Assembly (NCBI RefSeq): GCF_044704955.1
Contig: NW_027254394.1
Coordinates: 186,001-250,000, forward strand
Reading direction: 5' to 3'
Source of the DNA: Pristiophorus japonicus
Lineage: Eukaryota
Length of the DNA stretch: 64,000 nt
The translations under genes were made by a program, and so were the position numbers. Under the pieces are notes generated by a model that saw only the letters and a program-made list of their open reading frames with translations, made no database searches and was not told the origin of the DNA. Shown piece after piece: positions 12,903 through 24,669 of the stretch. Numbering within the stretch: position 1 is the stretch's first letter; the number at the start of each line of letters is the position of its first letter.

Positions 12903-14960
12903 TCCCAGTGGTGTATGTGGGTCTCACTATCTATCCTGAGACAGGGTCCCAGTGGTGTGTGTGGGTCTCTCTATCCTGAGACAGGGTCCCAGTGGTGTGT
13001 GTGGGTCTCACTATCTATCCTGAGACAGGGTCCCAGTGGTGTGTGTGGGTCTCTCTATCCTGAGACAGGGTCCCAGTGGTGTATGTGGGTCTCACTATCT
13101 ATCCTGAGACAGGGTCCCAGTGGTGTGTGTGGGTCTCACTATCTATCCTGAGACAGGGTCCCAGTGGTGTGTGTGGGTCTCTCTATCCTGAGACAGGGTC
13201 CCAGTGGTGTGTGTGGGTCTCACTATCTATCCTGAGACAGGGTCCCAGTGGTGTGTGTGGGTCTCACTATCTATCCTGAGACAGGGTCCCAGTGGTGTGT
13301 GTGGGTCTCACTATCTATCCTGAAACAGGGTCCCAGTGGTGTGTGTGGGTCCCACTATCTATCCTGAGACAGGGTCCCAGTGGTGTGTGTGGGTCTCACT
13401 ATCTATCCTGAGACAGGGTCCCAGTGGTGTATGTGGGTCTCACTATCTATCCTGAGACAGGGTCCCAGTGGTGTGTGTGGGTCTCACTATCTATCCTGAG
13501 ACAGGGTCCCAGTGAGTGTGTGTGGGTCCCACTATCTATCCTGAGACAGGGTCCCAGTGGTGTGTGTGGGTCTCACTATCTATCCTGAGACAGGGTCCCA
13601 GTGGTGTGTGTGGGTCTCTCTATCCTGAGACAGGGTCCCAGTGGTGTATGTGGGTCTCACTATCTATCCTGAGACAGGGTCCCAGTGGTGTATGTGGGTC
13701 TCACTATCTATCCTGAGACAGGGTCCCAGTGGTGTGTTTGGGTCTCACTGTCCTGAGACAGGGTCCCAGTGGTGTGTGTGGGTCTCACTATCTATCCTGA
13801 GACAGGGTCCCAGTGGTGTGTGTGGGTCCCACTATCTATCCTGAGACAGGGTCCCAGTGGTGTGTGTGGGTCTTACTATCTATCCTGAGACAGGGTCCCA
13901 GTGGTGTGTGTGGGTCTCACTATCTATCCTGAGACAGGGTCCCAGTGGTGTGTGTGGGTCTCACTATCTATCCTGAGACAGGGTCCCAGTGGTGTGTGTG
14001 GGTCCCACTATCTATCCTGAGACAGGGTCCCAGTGGTGTGTGTGGTTCCCACTATCTATCCTGAGACAGGGTCCCAGTGGTGTATGTGGGTCTCACTATC
14101 TATCCTGAGACAGGGTCCCAGTGGTGTATGTGGGTCTCACTATCTATCCTGAGATAGGGTCCCAGTGGTGTGTGTGGGTCCCACTATCTATCCTGAGACA
14201 GGGTCCCAGTGGTGTGTGTGGGTCCCACTATCTATCCTGAGACAGGGTCCCAGTGGTGTATGTGGGTCTCACTATCTATCCTGAGACAGGGTCCCAGTGG
14301 TGTATGTGGGTCCCACTATCTATCATGAGACAGGGTCCCAGTGGTGTGTGTGGGTCTCTCTATCTATCCTGAGACAGGGTCCCAGTGGTGTGTGTGGGTC
14401 TCACTATCTATCCTGAGACAGGGTCCCAGTGGTGTGTGTGGGTCTCACTATCTATCCTGAGACAGGGTCCCAGTGGTGTGTGTGGGTCTCACTATCTATC
14501 CTGAGACAGGGTCCCAGTGGTGTGTGTGGGTCTCACTATCTATCCTGAGACAGGGTCACAGTGGTGTGTGTGGGTCTCACTATCTATCCTGAGACAGGGT
14601 CCCAGTGGTGTGTGTGGGTCCCACTATCTATCCTGAGACAGGGTCCCAGTGGTGTGTGTGGGTCTCACTATCTATCCTGAGACAGGGTCCCAGTGGTGTG
14701 TGTGGGTCCCACTATCTATCCTGAGACAGGGTCCCAGTGGTGTGTGTGGGTCTCACTATCTATCCTGAGACAGGGTCCCAGTGGTGTGTGTGGGTCTCAC
14801 TATCTATCCTGAGACAGGGTCCCAGTGGTGTGTGTGGGTCTCACTATCTATCCTGAGACAGGGTCCCTGTGGTGTATGAGGGTCTCACTATCTCTCCTGA
14901 GACAGGGTCCCAGTGGTGTATGTGGGTCTCACTATCTATCCTGAGACAGGGTCCCAGTGG
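12903..14960. repeat. 44-bp minisatellite CCCAGTGGTGTGTGTGGGTCTCACTATCTATCCTGAGACAGGGT (about 47 copies, some 37-bp variants)
   Basis: Tandem copies without unique spacers. Confidence 0.96.
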
Positions 14961-15229
14961 AAACACATACATTTACCTCAGTGTAGCTGAGTCAGGGAGC
15001 GGGTGAGGATTCCTGTTTCTAACCACAACCTAGTGACCCCTGACAGAAAGTGTGGGCAGTGAGTGAGGATAGAATGATGCCCCAAAGGCTCACGTGTGAA
15101 GAATGGTCACTTGGGGCGAGGGAGGGATGGGCTCCGGGACCTATGGGACTTCAGTCCGACAGGGCTCTGCACCTTTGGGTGAGGAAATTCGACAATAATT
15201 ATTGAGCAGAAATACCAATAAACCCCAGT

Positions 15230-15435
15230 GAACACCTCTCTACCTCTCTTTCCTCCTTTAAGACGCTCCTTAAAACCTACCTCTTTAACCAAGCTTTTGG
15301 TCATCTGCCGCAATTTCTTCTAATGAGGCTCAATGTCAAATTTATCTGTTTTGTCTTATCACGCGCTGGGAAGTACCTGGGACGTTTTACTACGTTAAAG
15401 GTGCTATATAAATAAAAGCTGTTGTTGTTGTTGAG
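15230..15435 (+). mobile_element. L2/SINE 3' end with (GTT)n tail
   Basis: ctacgttaaaggtgctatataaataaaagctgttgttgttg; the reverse complement resembles 45880-46080. Confidence 0.7.
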
Positions 15436-15515
15436 GTCCTGTGGGATCGGAGGTACCGGCCACAAACACTGTCCTTCACCAAACCACTTGTAGGTGCTAA
15501 AGAATGTATTCCCAG

Positions 15516-15635
15516 TCACTCTGGGCGTTTGATGGCAGCATATTCGGTTGTCTCCTCACTGATTATTAATGTCGGGCCCACGGTTTTCTGTCGCAGGAAC
15601 TGAATATCGGCGTAATACAGCTCTCCTTCCTCCGA
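15516..15635 (-). CDS. Receptor terminal exon with ITIM and ITSM (phase 0, stop TGA)
   Basis: Acceptor gtcactgtgtttcag|. Encodes SEEGELYYADIQFLRQKTVGPTLIISEETTEYAAIKRPE*. LYYADI fits the ITIM (S/I/V/L)xYxx(I/V/L) and TEYAAI fits the ITSM TxYxx(V/I). Confidence 0.88.
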   Translation of the reverse strand, partial: SEEGELYYADIQFLRQKTVGPTLIISEETTEYAAIKRPE

Positions 15636-16039
15636 CTGAAACACAGTGACATACATAAATACACTGATTACCACACGGAAACAGGCCTCTCCCCCAACCC
15701 ACGCGCTTACTTAAAGCACAAACCCATCAACCCACATCAGAGGCAGAGCCGGGATCCCCTCTCATTTATACATAAGCTGAGGTTCCGTCAGTGTCCTGCT
15801 AAAGGTACTGGCCCTCAGTAACGTTCCTGGGGCCTCTGGTACCTGGTCTCAGTGGCCTTTGCTCACGTCTGACCCTCGACATTAACTCGAGGCGGGAGTA
15901 GTGAGAGCTGGGGACTGGGCCGTACGGCAGACCATCAGGCCCTTCACACCGTGAGGCCCGGGAGATTCTAACTCTCAGGCCTGCTCTGCACAGGCCCCAT
16001 CGCTGTCCTGCCCAAACACGGCGGGAGGGTGAGCTGGCA

Positions 16040-19000
16040 GGCGGGAGGGGGGGAGGGGATTACTGGTGGGAGGGAGGGGAGGGGGGGGGAATTACTGGCG
16101 GGAGGTGGGGGGGGGAGGGGGATTACTGGCGGGAGGGAGGGGGGGGGGGAATTACTGGCGGGAGGTGGGGGGGGGGAGGGGGATTACTGGCGGGAGGGGG
16201 ATTACTGGCGGGAGGGGGATTACTGGCGGAGGGTGGGGGGGGGAAAGGGGGGGAGGGGGATTACTGGCGGAGGAAGGGAGGGAAGTGGATTACTGGCGGG
16301 AGTGGAGGGAGGGAGCGGGATTACTGGCGGGAGGGAGGGAGGGAGGGGGATTATTGGCGGAGGGAGGGAGGGAGAGGGATTACTGGTGGAGGGATGGAGG
16401 AAGGGGGATTACTGGCGGAGGGAGGGAGGGGGGAGGGGGATTATTGGCGGAGGGAGGGAGGGAGGTAGATTATTGGCGGAGGGAGGGAGGGAGGGAGATT
16501 ACTGGCGGAAGGAGGGAGAGGAATTACTGGCGGAGGGAGGGGGAGGGGGATTACTGGTGGAGGGAGGTAGGCATGGGGATTACTGGCGGAGGGAGGGGGG
16601 AGGGGGATTATTGGTGGAGGGAGGGAGGGGAATCACTGGCGGAGGGAGGGAGGGAGATTACTGGCGGAAGGAGGGAGAGGGATTACTGGCGGAGGGAGGG
16701 GGAGGGGGATTACTGGTGGAGGGAGGTAGGCAGGGGGATTACTGGCGGAGGGAGGGAGGGGGAGGGAGATTATTGGCGGAGGGAGGGGGAGGGGGATTAC
16801 TGGCGGAGGGAGGGAGGGGGGAGGGGGATTACTGGCGGAGGGAGGGAGGGGGGAGCGGGATTACTGGCGGAGGGATGGAGGGAGGGTGATTACTGACAGG
16901 AGGGAGGGAGGGAGGGAGTGGGATTACTGGCGGAGGGAGGGAGGGAGTGAGATTACTGGCGGTGCAAGGGAGGGAGCGGGATTAGTGGCGGAGGGAGGGA
17001 GGGGGGGAGGGGGATTACTGGCAGAGGGAGGGAGGGGGAATACTGGCAGAGGGAGGGAGGGGAATTACTGGCGGAGGGAGAGAGGGAGGGAGCGGGATTA
17101 CTGGTGGAGGGAGGGAGGGGGATTATTGGTGGAGGGAAGGAGAGGGATTATTGGCAGAGGGAGGGAGGGGGGGGATTATTGGCGGAGAGAGGGAGGGAGG
17201 GAGGGAGATTACTGGCGGAGGGAGGGGGATTACTGGCGGAGGGAGGGGGAGGGGGATTATTGGCGGAGGGAGGGGGAGGGTGATTACTGGTGGAGGGAGG
17301 GAGGGGGAGGGGGATTACTGGCGGAGGGATGGAGGGAGGGTGATTACTGGCAGGAGGGAGTGAGGGAGAGGGCGGGATTACTGGCGGAGGGAGGAAGGGG
17401 GGAGGGGGATTACTGGCAGAGGGAGGGAGGGAAATTACTGACAGAGGGAGGGAGGGAGAGAGGGGGATTACTGGCAGGAGGGAGGAAGGGAGTGGGATTA
17501 CTGGCGGAGGGAGGGAGGGGGGGAGGGGGATTACTGGCGGAGGGAGGGAGAGGGAATACTGACAGAGGGAGGGGAGGGAGGGGGATTACTGGAAGAGGGA
17601 AGGAGGGAGGGAGCGGGATTACTGGCGGAGGGAGGGAGGGAGGGGGATTACTGGCAGAGGGAGGGAGGGAGGGTGATTACTGGCGGAGGGAGGGAGAATA
17701 CTGGCAGGAGGAAGGGAGGGAGTCGGATTACTGGCGGAGAGAGGGAGGGAGGGGGTTTACGGAGGGAGGGAGGGAGGGGGTTTACGGAGGGAGGGAGGGA
17801 GGGGAATACGGAGGGAGGGAGGGAGGGAGGGAGGGGGGATTACTGGCGGAGGGAGGGAGGTAGGGAGATTACTGGCGGAGGGAGGGAGCGGGGAGGGAGA
17901 TTACTGGTGGAGGGAGGGAGGGAGGTGGATTATTGGCGGAGGGAGGGAGGGAGAGGGATTACTGGTGGAGGGAAGGAGGGAGGGAGGGGGATGACTGGCG
18001 GAGGGAGGGAGGGGGATTACTGGTGGAGGGAGGAGGGGAGGGGGATTACTGCCGGAGCAGGGGAGGGGGATTACTGGCAGAGGGAGGGAGGGGGATTACT
18101 GGCGGAGGGAGGGAGATTACTGGCAGAGGGAGGGAGATTACTGGCAGAGGGAGGGAGGGAGTGGGTTTACTGGCAGAGGAAGGGAGGGGGATTACTGGCG
18201 GAGGGAGGGAGGGGGATTACTGGCAGAGGGAGGGAGGGAGATTACTGGCGGAGGGAGGGAGATTACTGGCAGAGGGAGGGAGGGAGTGGGTTTACTGGCA
18301 GAGGAAGGGAGGGGGATTACTGGCGGAGGGAGGAGGGGAGGGGGATTACTGGCAGAGGGAGGGAGGGAGATTACTGGCGGAGGGATGGAGGGAGCGGGTT
18401 TACTGGCAGAGGGAGGGAGGGGGATTACTGGCGGAGGGAGGAGGGGAGGGGGATTACTGGCAGAGGGAGAGAGGGAGGGGATTTACTGGCAGAGGGAGGG
18501 AGGGGGATTACTGCCGGAGGTAGGGGGGGAGGGGGATTACTGGCAGAGGGAGGGAGAATACTGGCAGGTGGAAGGGAGGGAGGGGGATTACTGGCGGAGA
18601 GAGGGAGGGAGGGGGTTTACGGAGGGAGGGAGGGAGGGGGTTTATGGAGGGAGGGAGGGAGGGGGTATACGGAGGGAGGGAGGGAGGGAGGGGGGATTAC
18701 TGGCGGAGGGAGGGAGGTAGGGAGATTACTGGCGGAGGGAGGGAGCGGGGAGGGAGATTACTGGTGGAGGGAGGGAGGGAGGGGGATTACTGGCGGAGGG
18801 AGGGAGGGAGGGGGATTACTGGCGGAAGGAGGGGGAGGGGTATTACTGGCGGAGGGAGGGAGGGGGATTACTGGCGGAGGGAGGAGGATTATTGGCGGAG
18901 GGAGGGAGAGAGGGGGATTACTGGCGGAAGGAGGGGGAGGGGGATTACTGGCGGAGGGAGGGTGGGAGGGGGATTACTGGCGGAGGGAGGGAGAGAGGGG

Positions 19001-19815
19001 GATTACTGGCGGAGGGAGGGAGAGAGGGGGATTACTGGCGGAGGGAGGGAGGGAGGGGGATTACTGGCGGAGGGAGGGAGAGAGGGGGATTACTGGCGGA
19101 AGGAGGGAGGGAGGGGGATTACTGGCGGAGGGAGGGAGAGAGGGGGATTACTGGCGGAGGGAGGGAGGGAGGGGGATTACTGGCGGAAGGAGGGGGAGGG
19201 GGATTACTGGCGGAGGGAGGGAGGGGGATTACTGGCGGAGGGAGGGGGATTATTGGCGGAGGGAGGGAGAGAGGGGGATTACTGGCGGAAGGAGGGGGAG
19301 GGGGATTACTGGCGGAGGGAGGGAGGGAGGGGGTTACTGGCGGAGGGAGGGAGAGAGGGGGATTACTGGCGGAGGGAGGGAGAGAGGGGGATTACTGGCG
19401 GAGGGAGGGAGGGAGGGGGATTACTGGCGGAGGGAGGGAGAGAGGGGGATTACTGGCGGAAGGAGGGAGGGAGGGGGATTACTGGCGGAGGGAGGGAGAG
19501 AGGGGGATTACTGGCGGAAGGAGGGGGAGGGGGATTACTGGCGGAGGGAGGGAGGGAGGGAGATTACTGGCGGAGGGAGGGAGGGAGGGAGATTACTGGC
19601 GGAGGGAGGGGGATTATTGGCGGAGGGAGGGAGAGAGGGGGATTACTGGTGGAGGGAAGGAGGGAGGGAGGGGGATGACTCGCGGAGGGAGGGAGGGGGA
19701 TTACTGGCGGAGGGACGAGGGGAGGGGGATTACTGGCGGAGAGAGGGTGGGAAGGGGATTACTGGCGGAGGGGGATTACTGGCGGAGGGAGGGAGGGAGG
19801 GAGCGGGATTACTGG
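16040..19815. repeat. Purine/G-rich degenerate tandem repeat (GGGATTACTGGCGG + (GGGA)n)
   Basis: About 3.8 kb of variable-length units sharing the core GATTACTGGCGGAGGG. Confidence 0.95.
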
Positions 19816-20069
19816 TGAGGGAACTTCCTGTTCCTCCGGCCCCACAAGACAAATTTCCAGCAAGTCCCTTTCTCACTTTAAACCCTTGATTAAATCATCC
19901 CCCAACCTTCGAAACCCCAGACAATACAAGCCAAGTTCATGCAACATATCCTCATAATTGCACTGTGACAAAGCACTCAGACCGGTTCCTGCTCTTTTAA
20001 AGCTTCCTGTCCGAGGCCTCACTGCAACATGCACAGACTCTGGCTGCTGTCTGTCACTGGCACTGAGCC

Positions 20070-20597
20070 ACACACAAACACTCTCCACAAACACATACAC
20101 ATACACTCCCCACCCACCCACACACACACTCCCCACCCTCACACACACACACACACTCCCCACCCACACACTCCCCACCCACATACACACACACACTCCC
20201 CACCCACACACACACTCCCCACCCACACNNNNNNNNNNNNNNNNNNNNNNNNNNNNNNNNNNNNNNNNNNNNNNNNNNNNNNNNNNNNNNNNNNNNNNNN
20301 NNNNNNNNNNNNNNNNNNNNNNNNNNNNNNNNNNNNNNNNNNNNNNNNNNNNNNNNNNNNNNNNNNNNNNNNNNNNNNNNNNNNNNNNNNNNNNNNNNNN
20401 NNNACTCCCCACCCACACACACACAAACACCCTCCCCACCCACACACACACACACACACTCCCCACACACACACACACTCACCTTCCCCACCCACACACA
20501 CACTCCCCACCCACACACACACGCACACTCCCCCCCCCACACATACACACACACACTCCCCCCACACACACACATTCCCCACACACACGCACACACA
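20070..20597. repeat. (CA)n/CTCCCC compound microsatellite spanning an assembly gap (20229-20403)
   Basis: Read directly, including the N run. Confidence 0.9.
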
Positions 20598-21600
20598 TAA
20601 GAACATAAGAACATAAGAATTAGGAACAGGAGTAGGCCATCTAGCCCCTCGAGCCTGCTCCGCCATTCAACAAGATCATGGCTGAGCCAGATCGAGCCAG
20701 TTCTATCTCCATGCTAATACATTTCCTCTGACTCCGCGTACCTTTATCTTCTGCAGTCACCTTTTGTGTGGCACCTTATCGAATGCCTTTTGGAAATCTA
20801 AATATACCACAACCATCGGTACACCTTTATCCACCATGCTCGTTATATCCTCAAAGAATTCCAGTAAATTAGTTAAACATGATTTCCCCTTCATGAATCC
20901 ATGCTGCGCCTGCTTGATTGCACTATTCCTATCTAGATGTCCCGCTATTTCTTCCTTAATGATAGTTTCAAGCATTTTTCCCACTACAGATGTTAAACTA
21001 ATCGGCCTATAGTTTCCTGCCTTTTGTCTGCCCCCTTTTTTAAACAGAGGCGTTACATTAGCTGTTTTCCAATCCGCTGGTACCTCCCCAGAGTCCAGAG
21101 AATTTTGGTAGATTATAACGAATGCATCTGCTATAACTTCCAACATCTCTTTTAATACCCTGGGATGCATTTCATCAGGGCCAGGGGACTTGTCTACCTT
21201 GAGTCCCATTAGCCTGTCCAGCACTACCCCCCTAGTGTTAGTGATTGTCTCAAGGTCCTCCCTTCCCACATTCCCGTGACCAGCAATTTTTGGCATAGTT
21301 TTTGTGTCTTCCACTGTGAAGACCGAAACAAAATAATTGTTTAAGGTCTCAGCCATTTCCACATTTCCCATTATTAAATCCCCCTTCTCATCTTCGAAGG
21401 GACCAACATTTACTTTAGTCACTCTTTTCCGTTTTATATATCGGTAAAAGCTTTTACTATCTGTTTTTATGTTTTGCGCAAGTTTACCTTCGTAATCTAT
21501 CTTTCCTTTCTTTATTGCTTTCTTCGTTATTCTTTGCTGTCGTTTAATATTTTCCCAATCTTCTAGTTTCCCACTAACCTTGGCCACCTTATACGCATTG
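20598..21600 (-). mobile_element. CR1 LINE fragments (ORF2 RT N-terminal region plus 3' tail)
   Basis: ORF 20757-21644 (KSPGPDEMHPRVLKE, NYRPISLTS, QHGFMKGKSCLTNL, LDFQKAFDKV) is nearly identical to 54950-55800. Confidence 0.92.
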
Positions 21601-22198
21601 GTGGCCAAGGTTAGTGGGAAACTAGTAGATTGGGAAACACACAAAGGGTTTCACAGAGACAATCCCTTTGAACAAAACCCAGCCTCGTGTCGGGTGCCCA
21701 CACACACCGATAATCTGCGGCACCTGCTCCTGACCCTTCCAGCAGCTCACCGTCCCTCTGCCTGCACAATAAGGTGCGACTTAACAGGAGAGAGGAGGCC
21801 GGGACAGGAGGGCCCACAGACAAAACCCCGAGAGCCTTTGGAGGGGAGCCGCTTGGAAATGATTGTGCCTGGGAGCAGAGGGATTGGGACAGGCTGAAGC
21901 CGGAGGCTTCGCCCTCACTCAGGGACAGGAGCACCTTACGTTATCCCTTCTCTCCCTACTGACATCCTGACCCACCATCACCCAGGGTCCAGTCACACCC
22001 AGCGGGCTCAGAGTATTCCCACCGCAGTAATAGTCACAATGTCATTGGGACCCCGATTGCCATTTCGGGTGGGAGCGGGCAGGAGCCTGGGCTGTGCTCA
22101 CACCGACCCGACCCGACCCACGGGCCATGGAACGACAGATTTAAATGAGGCCGGTGGCTCACAATCGCAGGGAGGAGGGGGAGCTCGGCACCACTGGA

Positions 22199-23137
22199 AC
22201 GGTCACCTGACCATCGCTCCCCCAGTCAGTCACCTGACCATCACTCCCCCAGTCAGTCACCTGACCATCACTCCCCCAGTCAGTCACCTGACCATCACTC
22301 CCTTAGTCGGTCACCTGACCATCACTCCCCCAGTCAGTCACCTGACCATCGCTCTCCCAGTCAGTCACCTGACCATCACTCCCTTAGTCGGTCACCTGAC
22401 CATCACTCCCCCAGTCAGTCACGTGACCATCGCTCCCCCAGTCAGTCACCTGACCATCACTCCCCCAGTCAGTCACCTGACCATCGCTCCCCCAGTCAGT
22501 CACCTGACCATCACTCCCCCAGTCAGTCACCTGACCATCACTCCCCCAGTCAGTCACCTGACCATCACTCCCCCAGTCAGTCACCTGACCATCACTCCCC
22601 CAGTCAGTCACCTGACCATCGCTCCCCCAGTCAGTCACCTGACCATCACTCCCCCAGTCAGTCACCTGACCATCGCTCCCCCAGTCAGTCACCTGACCAT
22701 CACTCCCCCAGTCAGTCACCTGATCATCGCTCCCCCAGTCAGTCACCTGACCATCACTCCCTCAGTCAGTCACCTGACCATCACTCCCCCAGTCAGTCAC
22801 CTGACCATCGCTCCCCCAGTCAGTCACCTGACCATCACTCCCCCAGTCAGTCACCTGACCATCGCTCCCCCAGTCAGTCACCTGACCATCACTCCCCCAG
22901 TCAGTCACCTGACCATCCCCACCCCCAGTCAGTCACCTGACCATCGCTCCCCCAGTCAGTCACCTGACCATCACTCCCCCAGTCAGTCACCTGACCATCG
23001 CTCCCCCAGTCAGTCACCTGACCATTCCCCCCCCCCCCAGTCAGTCACCTGACCATCGCTCCCCCAGTCAGTCACCTGACCATCACTCCCTCAGTCAGTC
23101 ACCTGACCATCACTCCCTCAGTCGGTCATCTGACCAT
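22199..23137. repeat. 27-bp minisatellite GTCACCTGACCATCACTCCCCCAGTCA
   Basis: About 34 tandem copies. Confidence 0.95.
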
Positions 23138-23199
23138 TAGTCCCCGGCCCGGGAGTCAAACTAGACCCCAACCTGTGAAAGTCACGTGAGTTCAGGATC

Positions 23200-24390
23200 A
23201 GGCTGGGCCTATTATTAGGGAGGGTCGCTGAGCACTTGGACAATATGAGCTGGTCAGAGAGAGCCAGCATGGATTTGTAAAGCAGAACTCATGTCTAACG
23301 AACTTAGTTGAATTTTTTGAGGTGGTAGCTAAGGTGCTCGATAAGGGAGAGTCTGTAGATGTTGTTTATATGGACCCAGGCATTGAAAAAGCTTCCACTT
23401 TCGAACGGCTGGAGCTGGTCAGTGACATTATCAGAGTCGCCTAGTGACCCAGATGACAGGCTTTGCTACAGCAGGAAATTCAATATTAGTTTTTGTAAAT
23501 GACAACGAATTCAATGCTTGTTCAGAGTCACACGATCACACTGATGAATTTCTGTTTCCGTGAACAAGGTATGGCAATTCGACCTTATGGCTTTAAAGGG
23601 ATGCACCACGTGTTACTCAACTCCACCCGAGCTCCACCTGAGATAGATCAGAATATCTTTAAATGGCGAGAAGCTAGGAACTGTGGAGGAGCGAGAGATT
23701 TAAGGGTCCATGCACAGAAATCATAAAACCCAGGGGACTGGTACAAACAATAATTACAAAGGCTGATGGAATGTTGGCCTTTATCTCAGGGGAGCTGGAA
23801 TACAAAGGGCGGAAGTTATTCTACACTTGGATAAAACTCTGGTTACAACACATCAGGGGCACTGCGTTCAGTTCTAGGCACCACACCCCAGGAAGGATAT
23901 TGGCCTCGGAGGGGGTGCAGTGGAGATTCACCAGAATGATTCGGGGACTAAAAGGGTTAGATTATGAGGACAGGTTGCACTGACCAGGCTTGTATACCCG
24001 AGTATAGAAGATTAAGGGGTGATGGAATTCAGGTGTTTAAAATGATCCGAGGAATTGATAGGGAAGGTACTGTGGGAAACTATTTCCTCTGGATGGTGGA
24101 GTCCGGACATGACCTTAACATTAGAGCTCGGCCGTTCAGGGTGAAATCAGGAAACACTTCTTCACACAGAGGGCAGTGGGAATCTGGAACTTACCCAAAA
24201 AAGCTGAGGCTGGGGGGGTCAATTAAACATTTCAAAACTGAGATTGATAGATTTTCGTTAGGCAAGGGTATTAAGGGTTACGGAACCAAGGTGGGTAGCT
24301 GGAGTTGAGATACAGATCAGCCCTGGTCTAATTGAATGGCGGAACAGTTCGAGGGGCTGAATGGCCTGCTCCTGTTCCTATGTTCCCTCA
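23200..24390 (+). mobile_element. Old CR1 LINE fragments
   Basis: Degenerate RT segments and CR1 3' tail gaatggcctgctcctgttcctatgttcc. Confidence 0.75.
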
Positions 24391-24625
24391 CTCACTGCCA
24401 TGGTTACTGGTACTGTCCAAGCTACACATGATAAACAGTTGCTTGGTGTGATATCAGGAGGGGCTGTTGCCATTTGTAAACTGTTTCCCAGCAAGAGTTA
24501 GCTCCTTCAGAAGAACACTGGTCATAAGTAAAAGAAATACACTATAACGTCCAGGGCTGGAGAGGAAGTGATGAGGTGTATTTAACAGCAGGATATCGGT
24601 ATAAAAGCTGTTGCTCAGTACTCAC

Positions 24626-24669
24626 CACAGTCGAGGTTGCGGCTGCCTGTTTATTAGTCTGGGTTGCAG
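24626..24669 (-). CDS. Receptor exon: cytoplasmic exon 3 (phase 1-0)
   Basis: Acceptor gttcttatatttcag|, donor GTG|gtgagt, 44 nt. Encodes (A)ATQTNKQAAATSTV and supplies the phase 0 needed by the last exon. Confidence 0.68.

Noticed and set aside
15843-15907. Candidate exon encoding SHYSRL (ITIM-like)
   Set aside because: Weak acceptor, and it ends in phase 1, incompatible with the phase-0 last exon.
9020-19889. Long ORFs over minisatellites and G-rich repeats (Pro/His- or Gly/Arg-rich)
   Set aside because: They are stop-poor translations of tandem repeats in several frames, with no domain signal.
21751-21779. 29-nt candidate exon with good splice sites (minus strand)
   Set aside because: Adding it to the model breaks the ITIM frame. 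It could only substitute for 24626-24669, and nothing else supports that.
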